64,000 nt of DNA. Source: Candidatus Peribacteria bacterium (GTDB taxonomy: Bacteria > Patescibacteriota > Gracilibacteria > Peribacterales > Peribacteraceae). Under the pieces are notes generated by a model. That model ran no database searches. It saw nothing but the letters and a program-made list of their open reading frames with translations, and was not told the DNA's origin. Shown here piece after piece: positions 38,959 to 48,252 of the stretch (the stretch's first letter is position 1; each line of letters opens with the position of its first letter). The DNA lies in NCBI GenBank assembly GCA_023245935.1, contig JAHFJM010000004.1, positions 13,924 through 77,923 on the forward strand, read 5' to 3'. The position numbers were made by a program, and so were the translations under genes.

Positions 38959-40380
38959 ATGCGTTTCACCAAAATCGTCGCGACCATCGGTCCTGTGACA
39001 TCGTCAGTCGAAAAAATCGAGCAGCTTGCAAAAGCCGGTGTCAATGTTTGCCGTCTGAATTTTTCTCACGGCAGCTATGAAGTGCACGGACAGACGATGG
39101 AGAACATCAAAACAGTCAACAAGAAGGGATACTCGCTTGCGATCATGCTCGACACCAAAGGACCGGAGATTCGTACGGGAGACGTCACGCAGGCGATTGT
39201 CATCAAGAGAGGCGACAGGGTGATCTTCACGTCGAAGGCAACAGGCAAGGAGAAGCTCACGACCATCACGGTGGATTATCCGAAATTTGCGGAAGACGTG
39301 AAGAACGCGAGGTGCATTCTCATCGACAACGGTTCCATCGAATTCAGCGTCGAGAGCATCGAGAAGGGAGGCATCGTCATCGCGAAAGCGCTTGAAGATG
39401 GAAAGATCGGTTCCAGGAGACACGTCAATCTTCCCGGCGCCGATGTCAGTCTGCCGTCGTTCACACCGAAAGACTGGGCGGATATCAGCTTCGGCGTGAA
39501 GCACGGCGTGGACTTCTATGCGACGTCGTTCGTGCGCACCGGAAAGGACATTCGTACGCTCAAAGCATTTCTTTTGAAACACAAAAGTGATGGCGAGATC
39601 ATTGCGAAGATCGAGACGCCGCAGGCAGTCGACAACATCGACGCAATCATCGATGCGGCAGACGGTGTGATGGTTGCACGCGGCGACCTCGGAGCCGAGG
39701 TACCGTTTGAGGATGTTCCGAAGATACAGGAAATGATCGTTGCGAAATGCCGCTTGAACGGAAAGCCGGTCATCGTTGCCACGCACATGCTCGAGAGCAT
39801 GATCCTCTCGCCGATGCCCACGCGCGCCGAAGTCACGGACATCGCATTCGCAGCGATGCTCCAGACCGATTCCACCATGCTTTCAGGTGAAACGACGACG
39901 GGTCTCTATCCCTTCAAAGCGGTCTCTGCCATGGATCGGGTGCTGAAAGTCAGCGAACGAATCGAACACGGAGACATGGCCTCATCGATGCTTCGAAAAA
40001 CGGAGAACATCGCAAACAACATGCCGAGGCAAGAACAGGCAGTTGCTGCGAGCGTGCTGGCAACCAAACTGAAAGCTGACATCATCCTCGTCATCAGCAA
40101 GCACGGACATACGGCGATGGCCGTGAGCAACTGTCGCCCGCTCGTCCCCATTCATGCGTTCGTCGAGACCGAGAGCAGGCAGAGAAAACTGATGCTCGTC
40201 TGGGGCATCACCCCTCACACGATCCGGTTCTCTGAAAAACCGGAGGACACTCTCGATCGTGCACTTGCGTTCCTCGACAAGAACAAGCTCGTCAAGAAGG
40301 GACAGAGAGTGGTCGTTGTCTCCGACATTCGAACCGGAATGACTCCGGTGATGACGATTCAGATACGAACCATCAACTAG
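38959..40380 (+). CDS. pyk: Pyruvate kinase
   Basis: MRFTKIVATIGP, NVCRLNFSHGS, MVARGDLGAEV and the C-terminal regulatory domain are present. ATG is at 38959. Confidence 0.95.
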   Translation: MRFTKIVATIGPVTSSVEKIEQLAKAGVNVCRLNFSHGSYEVHGQTMENIKTVNKKGYSLAIMLDTKGPEIRTGDVTQAIVIKRGDRVIFTSKATGKEKLTTITVDYPKFAEDVKNARCILIDNGSIEFSVESIEKGGIVIAKALEDGKIGSRRHVNLPGADVSLPSFTPKDWADISFGVKHGVDFYATSFVRTGKDIRTLKAFLLKHKSDGEIIAKIETPQAVDNIDAIIDAADGVMVARGDLGAEVPFEDVPKIQEMIVAKCRLNGKPVIVATHMLESMILSPMPTRAEVTDIAFAAMLQTDSTMLSGETTTGLYPFKAVSAMDRVLKVSERIEHGDMASSMLRKTENIANNMPRQEQAVAASVLATKLKADIILVISKHGHTAMAVSNCRPLVPIHAFVETESRQRKLMLVWGITPHTIRFSEKPEDTLDRALAFLDKNKLVKKGQRVVVVSDIRTGMTPVMTIQIRTIN

Positions 40381-40739
40381 TGCGCTTCCGCAACCGACAG
40401 ATCCGCCTGAACGTACTTCGGCTTTGTCGGTTTCTGCATGAGTTGAATCTGCGGATCGTTCTGGAGTGATACGAGTGCATTGGACTTGGCAATCTGCATG
40501 TTCACCACTTCCTGCTCAAGGAGGAGATCCGAGCGTGCACGCTCGAGAGTACGAAGCTTGTAGCCCTTCGTCGCATTCATGTTGTGATGAAAGAGAATGA
40601 GCAGCGCAAGCACGACGATCAGCGTTCCGATCACCGACAGCAAGAGAGCCGTGCTGCTCGACATCATGCGACCAAGCGAATGGCGACGCTGCACGGAGAG
40701 CGCAGACGGCAAAGACGGAAATGACACAAGGTTCAGCAT
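40377..40739 (-). CDS. FtsL-like cell division protein (single TM + coiled coil)
   Basis: It lies immediately downstream of and overlapping rsmH, in the conserved mraW-ftsL position. The TM is ALLLSVIGTLIVVLALLILF, followed by a heptad-like segment. The exact start is uncertain. Confidence 0.5.
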   Translation of the reverse strand: MLNLVSFPSLPSALSVQRRHSLGRMMSSSTALLLSVIGTLIVVLALLILFHHNMNATKGYKLRTLERARSDLLLEQEVVNMQIAKSNALVSLQNDPQIQLMQKPTKPKYVQADLSVAEAH

Positions 40740-41674
40740 GACGCGGTGCGATGGTCAGTATACTCGGTTCGTTTCGCGATTGCACGCAGTCTCGCTGATC
40801 TCGATCGAGGATTTTTCTGAATTTCCTGTTCGCTCGCAGCGATAGGCTTCCGCGTGAGCAGTACAAATTCAGATTTCTTCGAGATCGATCCTGTGAGTAA
40901 GTCCTTCTCATCTGCAGCGAGAGATCGGAATGCTGTCTTCACGAGCGTATCTTCAATCGAATGATAGGCGATCACCGCACAGCGTCCTCCGGGAGCAAGG
41001 AGGAACGGAATCGCTGCAAGCAAGTTTCCGAGTGCTTCGCGTTCACGATTCACCGCCATGCGAAGTGCCTGAAATAACTGCGGCAGCATCTGAGGCGATT
41101 TGTACCCGTACACGACCTTCGCTGCATCCGTGAGATCCGAGCTCGACCGAATAGGATTCTCCGTACGCCTTGCAACAATCTCCGTGACCAATGGACGAAC
41201 TTTCGGCAACTCTCCAAATTCCCAGAATATTTTTCTCAGCTTCTCCTCATCGAGCGATGCAAGGAGCATCGCAGCGGTCATGCCGGAGCTGCGATCGAAT
41301 CGCATATCGAGCGGCGCATCGGTTCGAAACGTAAAACCGCGTGTGGGATCGTCGATGTGCGGAGAACTGAGTCCAAGATCGGCGAGGATGATATCGAATT
41401 GTCGCTGATCTTCCGGCAAACAATTCGGCAGCTCGCTGAAATTGGAATGGAGAATCGTCACTCGTGAACCGAATTTTTTGAGATTTTCTTTTGCAATCGC
41501 AATATTTTCCATATCAGCATCGAGTGCAACGAGCGACCCTGCTTTTCCTGCTGCTTCGAGCAATGCCTCGCTGTGTCCTCCGAGCCCGAGTGTGACATCG
41601 AGAATGCGATCACCTGCTTGCGGAGACAGAATCTCGAGAGTTTCTTTGAGGAGTACTGGAATATGCTGCTGCAC
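40733..41674 (-). CDS. rsmH: 16S rRNA (cytosine1402-N4)-methyltransferase RsmH/MraW
   Basis: HIPVLLKETLE, DVTLGLGGHSEALL, DLGLSSPHIDDPTRGF and SIEDTLVK are present. Confidence 0.95.
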   Translation of the reverse strand: MQQHIPVLLKETLEILSPQAGDRILDVTLGLGGHSEALLEAAGKAGSLVALDADMENIAIAKENLKKFGSRVTILHSNFSELPNCLPEDQRQFDIILADLGLSSPHIDDPTRGFTFRTDAPLDMRFDRSSGMTAAMLLASLDEEKLRKIFWEFGELPKVRPLVTEIVARRTENPIRSSSDLTDAAKVVYGYKSPQMLPQLFQALRMAVNREREALGNLLAAIPFLLAPGGRCAVIAYHSIEDTLVKTAFRSLAADEKDLLTGSISKKSEFVLLTRKPIAASEQEIQKNPRSRSARLRAIAKRTEYTDHRTASC

Positions 41675-41761
41675 GACGGAAGTCTATCCTCACTCCGTCC
41701 TGCGGGACACCTCTCTCCGCTGCGGCGAAGACAGGAATGTCCGTACTCAGAGAAGCTCGAG

Positions 41762-42904
41762 TCACCCCTCTCCAGCCGATGGAGAGGGGCTGGGGGTGAG
41801 GACCGTCTCAAAAACCGCATGCAAGTCCTTCGCCCTCTCCTCAGGTGAAAATCTTTTCCGTGCATCTTCCCTCCCCTTCTCCGAAAGTTTTTGACGAAGC
41901 TCCGGAGAACCGAGCGCTTCGACAATTGCACGCGCGCAGTCGGTTCTGTCACCTGCCGTACAGACAAGTCCCGTTTCGTGATCTCTCACAATACTCCGTA
42001 GACCCGGTGCATCGCTTACGATGACACACGTCCCGGCGAGCATTCCCTGCGCCGCTATGAGACCGAAGCCTTCGAGAAGCGACGGCACGACAAGCACCGT
42101 CGTTGCTGCAAGTTCACGGTACATCGAAGCATCGTCGGTGTGCCCGAGCAGAGTCACAACGTGGGTCAGATTTTTCTCAAACAGAAATTTTTCCAGTGCA
42201 TCTCCGATCAGATTTCTTCCGATCAATCTGACTCTGATGCTCGGATGCGACACTCGAAGAATTTCAATTGCTTTCAGCAACGTCCAAATGCCCTTTCGCT
42301 CCTCAAGCCTTCCGATGAAGAGAATCGTCGCGGGATCTCTTCTCTGTAAAGAATTGTTTGAGGCAGCCGTTACAGCATTCTCGATCACGCACACTTTCGA
42401 TTTCGGAATGTCATACCTCTGTACAAGGAAATCTGCAGTGTCTTTCGAAACGCAGACGATGCGATCGGCAAGTGCGTACGTTCGCTTCTCAAGTTTTGAC
42501 ATGAACTTTTTCCACAGACATTTGAAAAGTGATCCGGAGAAAACAATCTCCGCTTCCTGCAGGTACGTGTGATGCGCGGTGACAACAAGAGGACACGACG
42601 GCTTTCGAAGCAAAAAAACTCCACCCGATCCTGCGTGAACATGAAGAAGATCGAGACGGTGTTTTATGATAAGCGATGGCAGCCTGAATAAAAGCATCAG
42701 GGAAAACAGAGGACAACCGCCTGACTTCTTCCACCGTGAAGCGGCAAGTGAACTCACGCGATCATCGGCGTTTTCGCTCGGAGAAAGTGCAATGAGCGTA
42801 TCCTCCGGAAACAACGTCTCAAGCATTTGCTTCGTCTGCTGTGCAACAATCCCCAGCCCTCCAATCGGAGGGCTGAAATCGTAGGTGAGGATTCCGATGC
42901 GCAT
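41762..42904 (-). CDS. Glycosyltransferase family 4 (GT-B, RfaG-like)
   Basis: The N-terminus is MRIGILTYDFSPPIGGLG, and the C-terminal motif EGFGLIAAQGMLAGTCVIVSD (E-x7-E type) is present. The reverse complement of ATG is at 42902-42904. Confidence 0.85.
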   Translation of the reverse strand: MRIGILTYDFSPPIGGLGIVAQQTKQMLETLFPEDTLIALSPSENADDRVSSLAASRWKKSGGCPLFSLMLLFRLPSLIIKHRLDLLHVHAGSGGVFLLRKPSCPLVVTAHHTYLQEAEIVFSGSLFKCLWKKFMSKLEKRTYALADRIVCVSKDTADFLVQRYDIPKSKVCVIENAVTAASNNSLQRRDPATILFIGRLEERKGIWTLLKAIEILRVSHPSIRVRLIGRNLIGDALEKFLFEKNLTHVVTLLGHTDDASMYRELAATTVLVVPSLLEGFGLIAAQGMLAGTCVIVSDAPGLRSIVRDHETGLVCTAGDRTDCARAIVEALGSPELRQKLSEKGREDARKRFSPEERAKDLHAVFETVLTPSPSPSAGEG

Positions 42905-43022
42905 GTGGAAATAGTAGCATGTAAGAGAATGTTGACTTATAACGATTTTCATTCAATATGACCAAGTTGCTGCCGATCTTTACATCACCGATGTTCGGGA
43001 TGGAGAAAGGTGCTTCTTATGA

Positions 43023-43403
43023 ATGAAAGGGAGAATCATGAGAAAGTTATTCAGAGCCTTCAGTCGTTTCAACGACTGGTACGTTCGTGAGTGCATGAAC
43101 CTCGAAAAACCGGGATTACTGCGATATGAATTCTGGTTCGATGTTGTGCTGATCATTTTAATGTCTTTATTTCTGTTCGCCATCACCGAAGGAATTCCCT
43201 TCTGGAGAAGAGCGACCGTCACGGCGATGGGACCATTCTTCATGTTCTTCATGAGGCTGGGGCTTGCGTGCCAATCCCTCGGTTATCACTTCGGCAAGGA
43301 AAAAGCTGAAGTTATGTCCCGAAAGTTTTGGGGGATTCTGTCCCTCATCACCTTTGTCCCGCCGCTCATCGGCACGATCATGATTATCGTCACGAAATCG
43401 TAA
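43023..43403 (+). CDS. Hypothetical small membrane protein (3-4 TM)
   Basis: This 126-aa ORF has hydrophobic segments and no motif I recognise. Confidence 0.4.
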   Translation: MKGRIMRKLFRAFSRFNDWYVRECMNLEKPGLLRYEFWFDVVLIILMSLFLFAITEGIPFWRRATVTAMGPFFMFFMRLGLACQSLGYHFGKEKAEVMSRKFWGILSLITFVPPLIGTIMIIVTKS

Positions 43404-43493
43404 TCGAAAGTCAGCAGCAACACCGGTCCAGACTTCGTTCTGGACCATTTTTATATATTGACTTATTTATAATTTATAGTAGTATATGACCTT

Positions 43494-44123
43494 TTGTCAC
43501 TCCAAACCCTCCATCAGTTTCGGCTTCTACTGGCTGTTATTGCCTCGGTAACCGTCTATTCAGGTACTGCACTCGCTGCAAGTATTCTGCCTTCGGAAGA
43601 ACCACCAACGCCCTTTGAAGCATGGCAAGCATCTGCAGGAGATTCCTTCCTCGTTGATACCGATCGAAATGTCGGATACCTGCTTCATGCTGATGGTGGT
43701 TATACGACATTTCCTGTCGTCACCGGTCAGCGCCGAACGGTCAGATACATTGGAAGAACCTACAATGCTTCGACACCGACAGTGTCATGGAAGGCACTGA
43801 ACGAGGAGACGAAAGGTGACCGTATCACGTTTGGAAAGCTTGGACGGTTTCTGCGACTCTATAACACGGAAGACGGTGAACCGGAGAGAACACCGTACGG
43901 CATCCACTCCCATGCCTCTGCGGAGAAAATGCTTGCAAGCACGGATCGTTACCGAAGCATGGGCTGCATCATCGTCTCCGAAAACGTGCTCGATACGATC
44001 ATCGAATCATTCGCACTGAACGGCAATGCGCTGACGGTGCGAACCGTTCAAAGCCTTGGGGATGAGTCGATCTCTTTCGAGATGCTGAGGGAGAGAATGA
44101 GTGCACTGAATACGCAACAGTAA
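43494..44123 (+). CDS. L,D-transpeptidase (YkuD-like) domain protein
   Basis: A signal peptide is followed by TPYGIHSH.....YRSMGCIIVSENVLD, the H...S.GC catalytic motif of YkuD. The start is TTG at 43494 as in the ORF track. Confidence 0.65.
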   Translation: MSLQTLHQFRLLLAVIASVTVYSGTALAASILPSEEPPTPFEAWQASAGDSFLVDTDRNVGYLLHADGGYTTFPVVTGQRRTVRYIGRTYNASTPTVSWKALNEETKGDRITFGKLGRFLRLYNTEDGEPERTPYGIHSHASAEKMLASTDRYRSMGCIIVSENVLDTIIESFALNGNALTVRTVQSLGDESISFEMLRERMSALNTQQ

Positions 44124-44137
44124 TATTATTTGCTTTG

Positions 44138-44225
44138 TGGCGGAGAGGGAGGGATTCGAACCCTCGAGACCTTTCGGTCTGCCACGTTAGCAGTGTGGTG
44201 CCTTCAGCCGCTCGGCCACCTCTCC
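44138..44225 (-). tRNA. tRNA-Ser, anticodon GCU (long variable arm, CCA encoded)
   Basis: The reverse complement is GGAGAGGTGGCCGAGCGGCTGAAGGCACCACACTGCTAACGTGGCAGACCGAAAGGTCTCGAGGGTTCGAATCCCTCCCTCTCCGCCA. The anticodon loop is CT-GCT-AA. Confidence 0.9.
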
Positions 44226-44258
44226 ATAATGAGTATAGGTGAAGCTGTCGACTCCTGA

Positions 44259-46745
44259 CTAGGAATGTTTTTTGTATGTCATCACCTTCCCCGCCTCAAA
44301 AATCACGAAGCATGTGAAACAAGCTCCGAGCAACAAGCCCCAGAGCGGAAGCGGAAGCGGGACGACGTGGAAGAGCAGTCCGATCGGCGTTGAGAGCAAG
44401 AGGATGTGCAGAAGCAGCGAGCAGGCAATGGCAAAGGCAAGCCACCGATTCCTCAGTGGCGATTCGAGGAAGGCAAGAGCTCTGGTTCTTGTGGAGATCG
44501 AGAGAAGCATTTGAAAGACGATTGTTGTCGTCAGCGCCACAGTTCTAGCGAGAGGAAGGTTCTCCGGAGCAATGAATCTGACGTACGAGAAAAGGCTGAG
44601 TGTGACGATCATATTGAGAACTCCGGCAAGAACTAAAAGCGGCCACTCTCCGGTGAAGATTCCGTCCTGTCTCGCTCTCGGCTTTCTCCGCATCATGCCC
44701 TGCTCCCCTTCCTCAAGCGCAAGTGCGAGAGCCGGGAAACTGTCGGTGACGAGATTCACCCACAGAATGTGGAGAGGAAGAAGCGGCAACGGCATGGCAA
44801 AGAGCATCGCACCGGAAATGATCATCACCTCCCCAAGGTTGCTGCGCATCAGAAAAATCACGAATTTCCTGATGTTATCGTAGATGCGTCTTCCCTCCTC
44901 GATGGCCGCAACGATCGTTGCAAAATTGTCATCGGTGAGCACCATGGAAGCCGCCTCGCGAGCGATATCCGTTCCCCGGAAGCCCATCGCGATGCCGACA
45001 TGCGCGCGTTTGAGCGCCGGCGCATCATTCACGCCGTCGCCGCTCATCGCGACGATGTGCCCGAGCCCCTGCAGTGCCTCCAGAATTTTCACTTTGTGCT
45101 TCGGCTGCACGCGCGCAAAGACCGAGACTCGTTTGAGTGCATGTTGCAGGTCTTCCGTATCCATTCGCTCAAGCATCTCACCATCGACAACTCCGTCGGA
45201 AACGATGCCAACGCTCTTCGATACCGAAAACGCCGTTGCAGGATGATCACCGGTGATCATGATCGTTAGGATGCCTGCAGACTCGGCTTCGAGGATGGCG
45301 GCTGCAACGCCACTGCGGGGAGGATCCATCATCGCAATCAGTCCCGCACATTGCACATGTCCTTCTGTACCAGAAGCAACCGCAAGGACCCGAAGTCCCT
45401 GCTGCGAAAGCTTCTCACTCTCCGCAAGCACTTCTTTGCGTTCCTTCTCCGAGAGAAAATATGCGATGACTTCAGGTGCGCCTTTCAGATAGCGAAGGCG
45501 CTTTGCATCTCGTTCGTGAATCGTCACCATGTACTTCGCCTCGGATGTGAACGGAACTTCTTCTACCAGAAGAGGCAATCTCAGAATGCCGTCCCGGTCC
45601 GCCTGACGAAGAAGGGCAACTTCGGTCGGATCGCCAATATCCGGGAGTTCGCTCCTGTTGCAGGAAGCGGCAATCTCGAGTGCGAGCTGTCTGCTTCCGC
45701 GGGTCGGAACCCAGATATGCTGCACCGTCATGCGGTTTTCGGTCATTGTTCCGGTCTTATCCGCGCAGATCACCGTGACACTGCCGAGTGTTTCGACCGC
45801 GTCGAGCCTGCTGATCAGCGCGTTCTTCTTGATCATCCGCTGTACGCCAACCGCAAGACAGATCGTCACGACGGCAGGCAACCCTTCCGGAACTGCAGCA
45901 ACGGCAAGACTGACCGCCGTGAAGAAAATGTCCGTCGTTTGCATGCCGGAGAGAATTCCTGCCACGAAGATCAGAAAGCACAGAGCCAGTACCACGATGC
46001 CGATGCGTTTGCCTGCTTGCTGCAGCTCCACCTGGAGCGGCGTCGGCGGCGACTTCAAGTGCATCACCATCGACGTGATTTTCCCGATCTCCGTTCCGAG
46101 CCCGGTCTTCGTGACGACTGCTTCACCGAAACCGCGCGTCGCAAGTGTTGCGGAGTACAAGCAACCTCCGGAAATCGCTCCTCCTGTCAGCATCTCTTCG
46201 GGACATTTTTCTACCGGAACAGATTCTCCGGTCAGGCTCGACTCATCCACTTCGAGCGATGAGCTTGCAATCAGTCGGGCATCGGCACTGATTCTATCTC
46301 CCGCTTCGATCAGCATGATGTCTCCGGGAACCAGTTCCCGAGATGGGATGACGGCTACTTTGCCCTCACGCCTGACTTTCACGCGCGGAGCCGACAAACT
46401 TGCGAGGGCAGCGATGGCATTCTCCGCTCTCCACTCCTGCGCAAAACCGAGCACTGCATTCAACGCAATGATCGCAAGAATTACCACGGCATTCGTGAAC
46501 TCCTGAATATCGATTCTTCCGTGTTGTGCAAGCGGCACCAGCACAGACACGGCGGCAGCCGCGAGCAGAATCGCAACCATCGTGTCCCGGAACTGGCTGA
46601 GGAGCAGCTTCAGCGCCGATCGCTTCTTCGGTGGAATTTCATTGAGACCGGAGCCTGCACGACTCCGGAGAACGGAAGCGGCATCCAGTCCCCCTTCACT
46701 GACCCCAAGCGAGCGAAGAATAGAGAGACGGAGTGCCTGACTCAT
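44259..46745 (-). CDS. P-type cation-transporting ATPase (P2-type, Ca2+-ATPase-like)
   Basis: The motifs PEGLPAVVT (TM4), [17 protein letters not shown] and [20 protein letters not shown] are present. The start is set at MSQALRL (the reverse complement of ATG at 46743-46745). Alternative ATGs lie at 46766 and 46781. Confidence 0.9.
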   Translation of the reverse strand: MSQALRLSILRSLGVSEGGLDAASVLRSRAGSGLNEIPPKKRSALKLLLSQFRDTMVAILLAAAAVSVLVPLAQHGRIDIQEFTNAVVILAIIALNAVLGFAQEWRAENAIAALASLSAPRVKVRREGKVAVIPSRELVPGDIMLIEAGDRISADARLIASSSLEVDESSLTGESVPVEKCPEEMLTGGAISGGCLYSATLATRGFGEAVVTKTGLGTEIGKITSMVMHLKSPPTPLQVELQQAGKRIGIVVLALCFLIFVAGILSGMQTTDIFFTAVSLAVAAVPEGLPAVVTICLAVGVQRMIKKNALISRLDAVETLGSVTVICADKTGTMTENRMTVQHIWVPTRGSRQLALEIAASCNRSELPDIGDPTEVALLRQADRDGILRLPLLVEEVPFTSEAKYMVTIHERDAKRLRYLKGAPEVIAYFLSEKERKEVLAESEKLSQQGLRVLAVASGTEGHVQCAGLIAMMDPPRSGVAAAILEAESAGILTIMITGDHPATAFSVSKSVGIVSDGVVDGEMLERMDTEDLQHALKRVSVFARVQPKHKVKILEALQGLGHIVAMSGDGVNDAPALKRAHVGIAMGFRGTDIAREAASMVLTDDNFATIVAAIEEGRRIYDNIRKFVIFLMRSNLGEVMIISGAMLFAMPLPLLPLHILWVNLVTDSFPALALALEEGEQGMMRRKPRARQDGIFTGEWPLLVLAGVLNMIVTLSLFSYVRFIAPENLPLARTVALTTTIVFQMLLSISTRTRALAFLESPLRNRWLAFAIACSLLLHILLLSTPIGLLFHVVPLPLPLWGLLLGACFTCFVIFEAGKVMTYKKHS

Positions 46746-46764
46746 GACTATACTATAGCCGCCC

Positions 46765-47097
46765 ATGCGGAAAACTCCCACATCAGTCGCAATTCTCCTC
46801 TACATGACCTGTCCGACGCAGCGTGTCGCACAGCGCATTGCGAAAACACTGGTGACAGAAAAACTTGCAGCATGTGCAAGCATCCTTGGGGAGTCCGAGT
46901 CTTTCTACCGCTGGAAGGGAAAACAGCAACGGTCAAGTGAGATCGTTGTGGTTGCGAAGACGGTGAAGAAGTTATTCCGAAAAATCGAACGAAGAACATT
47001 GCAAATGCATCCCTACGACTGTCCCTGCATTATCGCGATAAAGATTGAGGATGGGTATGGGAAATATTTGGAGTGGATCAGAAACAGCACTCAGTGA
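46765..47097 (+). CDS. cutA: Divalent-cation tolerance protein CutA
   Basis: This is a 110-aa protein. The pattern VAILLYMTCPT...A..IAK.LV.EKLAACA.I......S.Y.W.G....S.E......KT......I......HPYD.P.I is typical of CutA1. Confidence 0.85.
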   Translation: MRKTPTSVAILLYMTCPTQRVAQRIAKTLVTEKLAACASILGESESFYRWKGKQQRSSEIVVVAKTVKKLFRKIERRTLQMHPYDCPCIIAIKIEDGYGKYLEWIRNSTQ

Positions 47098-47214
47098 AGG
47101 TAATGAAACATGCCCCTCGGCTTGCTGAAGCTCGCTCGAGGCATTCGTCTCGCATGATACCTCTATTGAAGGAGGTCGCAGACCATGAGCAAGGCACCAC
47201 AGTGCCGAGTCGAA

Positions 47215-47304
47215 TGGCGGAGAGGGTGGGATTCGAACCCACGAACCCCTTGCGGGGTTAACAGTTTTCAAGACTGTCGCCATCGACCACTCGGCCACCT
47301 CTCC
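47215..47304 (-). tRNA. tRNA-Ser, anticodon UGA (long variable arm, CCA encoded)
   Basis: The reverse complement is GGAGAGGTGGCCGAGTGGTCGATGGCGACAGTCTTGAAAACTGTTAACCCCGCAAGGGGTTCGTGGGTTCGAATCCCACCCTCTCCGCCA. The anticodon loop is CT-TGA-AA. Confidence 0.9.
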
Positions 47305-47376
47305 ATATCCATCATAGCAAGGTGTCACTTCACATCACCAGAAAGAACCAGTCGCTTCGCTCCGGTTCGTGGCACG

Positions 47377-47394
47377 CCACTCGGCCACCTCTCC
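47377..47394 (-). pseudogene. Orphan copy of the first 18 nt of tRNA-Ser (GGAGAGGTGGCCGAGTGG), no cloverleaf downstream
   Basis: The 19-nt exact repeat ccactcggccacctctcca occurs at 47287-47305 and at 47377-47395, offset by exactly 90 nt, which is the length of the tRNA. The sequence following the copy cannot be folded into a tRNA. Confidence 0.5.
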
Positions 47395-47467
47395 ACAGGA
47401 GATTCTAGCTTCCAAAGATCAATGAAGCGAGACGTGCCTATTTCTTGACAAAGAATTTCGTTCGTCA

Positions 47468-47833
47468 TTGACTAGTGCCATGAACACGGCTGCTGAAATG
47501 GCGGACTACGACGATGGCAGTCTTGATCCTCTGTACTGGGAACTGCGAGATGCTGTCGATGAATATATAGAAATATCACACGGAGCACTGATGACAGCTT
47601 TTGAAGGAATGTTAACGGTCTCGATGGTAGTTGCTTATCAGCAAAATAATAAGTCGTCTAAAAATATCCGTGAGAAGCTTGCAACCATCATTCGAGGTGA
47701 TTTTGAAGAAATGCTCGCGTACTGCCAAGAGAAACGGCATGCATACAAAACCGGTATCACATACTACGAAGAAGGTCTCACACAGGGCGATCTGCAAATC
47801 TACCATCGCTTAAAAAATAATACTCAAATATGA
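47468..47833 (+). CDS. Hypothetical protein (AT-richer ORFan)
   Basis: This is a 121-aa ORF whose stop overlaps the next start (ATGA at 47830). I recognise no motif. Confidence 0.4.
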   Translation: MTSAMNTAAEMADYDDGSLDPLYWELRDAVDEYIEISHGALMTAFEGMLTVSMVVAYQQNNKSSKNIREKLATIIRGDFEEMLAYCQEKRHAYKTGITYYEEGLTQGDLQIYHRLKNNTQI

Positions 47834-48252
47834 AGTACAATCTGGTCATGCAATCAGTGATCATCCAAAGCGCTCCCGTAGTTTCCGGTGCTGGGCGTGG
47901 TCGTCGTATCGGCATACCGACAATCAATGTCGAACCGGCATCCGCTCCGAAAGAACTGACGCACGGCATCTACGCCTGCTTCATATTCATCGACGGGAAA
48001 AAGTACAAAGGTGCGATGCATTTCGGACCGAGACCGGTCTTTAGGGATACCGAGACACTCGAGGTGCACGTGCTGGATGCGACGATCGAAACACTGCCGA
48101 AAACAGTCGACATTGAAATTGCCGGTCGAATACGTGACATTGCAGACTTCCAAAGCGTCGAAGCCCTACAGAAAGCCATTGCAGCCGATATCAAGACAAC
48201 ACGTGCTATGCTGAACACACATGAAGAAGCTTCTGAAAAGCATCGTTCCTGA
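47830..48252 (+). CDS. Stand-alone riboflavin kinase (flavokinase domain)
   Basis: The pattern GAGRGRRIGIPTINV....HGIYA.......Y.GAMHFGPRPVF....TLEVH.LD......IE..GRIRDI..F is the RibF C-terminal domain pattern. Confidence 0.75.
   Translation: MKYNLVMQSVIIQSAPVVSGAGRGRRIGIPTINVEPASAPKELTHGIYACFIFIDGKKYKGAMHFGPRPVFRDTETLEVHVLDATIETLPKTVDIEIAGRIRDIADFQSVEALQKAIAADIKTTRAMLNTHEEASEKHRS

Noticed and set aside
46745-46781. Overlap or very short (19-nt) spacing between the divergent P-type ATPase and cutA starts as a regulatory peculiarity
   Set aside because: The spacing depends entirely on which of three in-frame ATGs (46745, 46766, 46781) starts the ATPase gene, and that cannot be resolved from sequence alone.
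47377-47467. A third complete tRNA-Ser (or tRNA-Sec) gene upstream of tRNA-Ser(UGA)
   Set aside because: Only the first 18 nt match a tRNA. No anticodon arm, T-arm (GTTCRA) or acceptor 3' strand can be found downstream.
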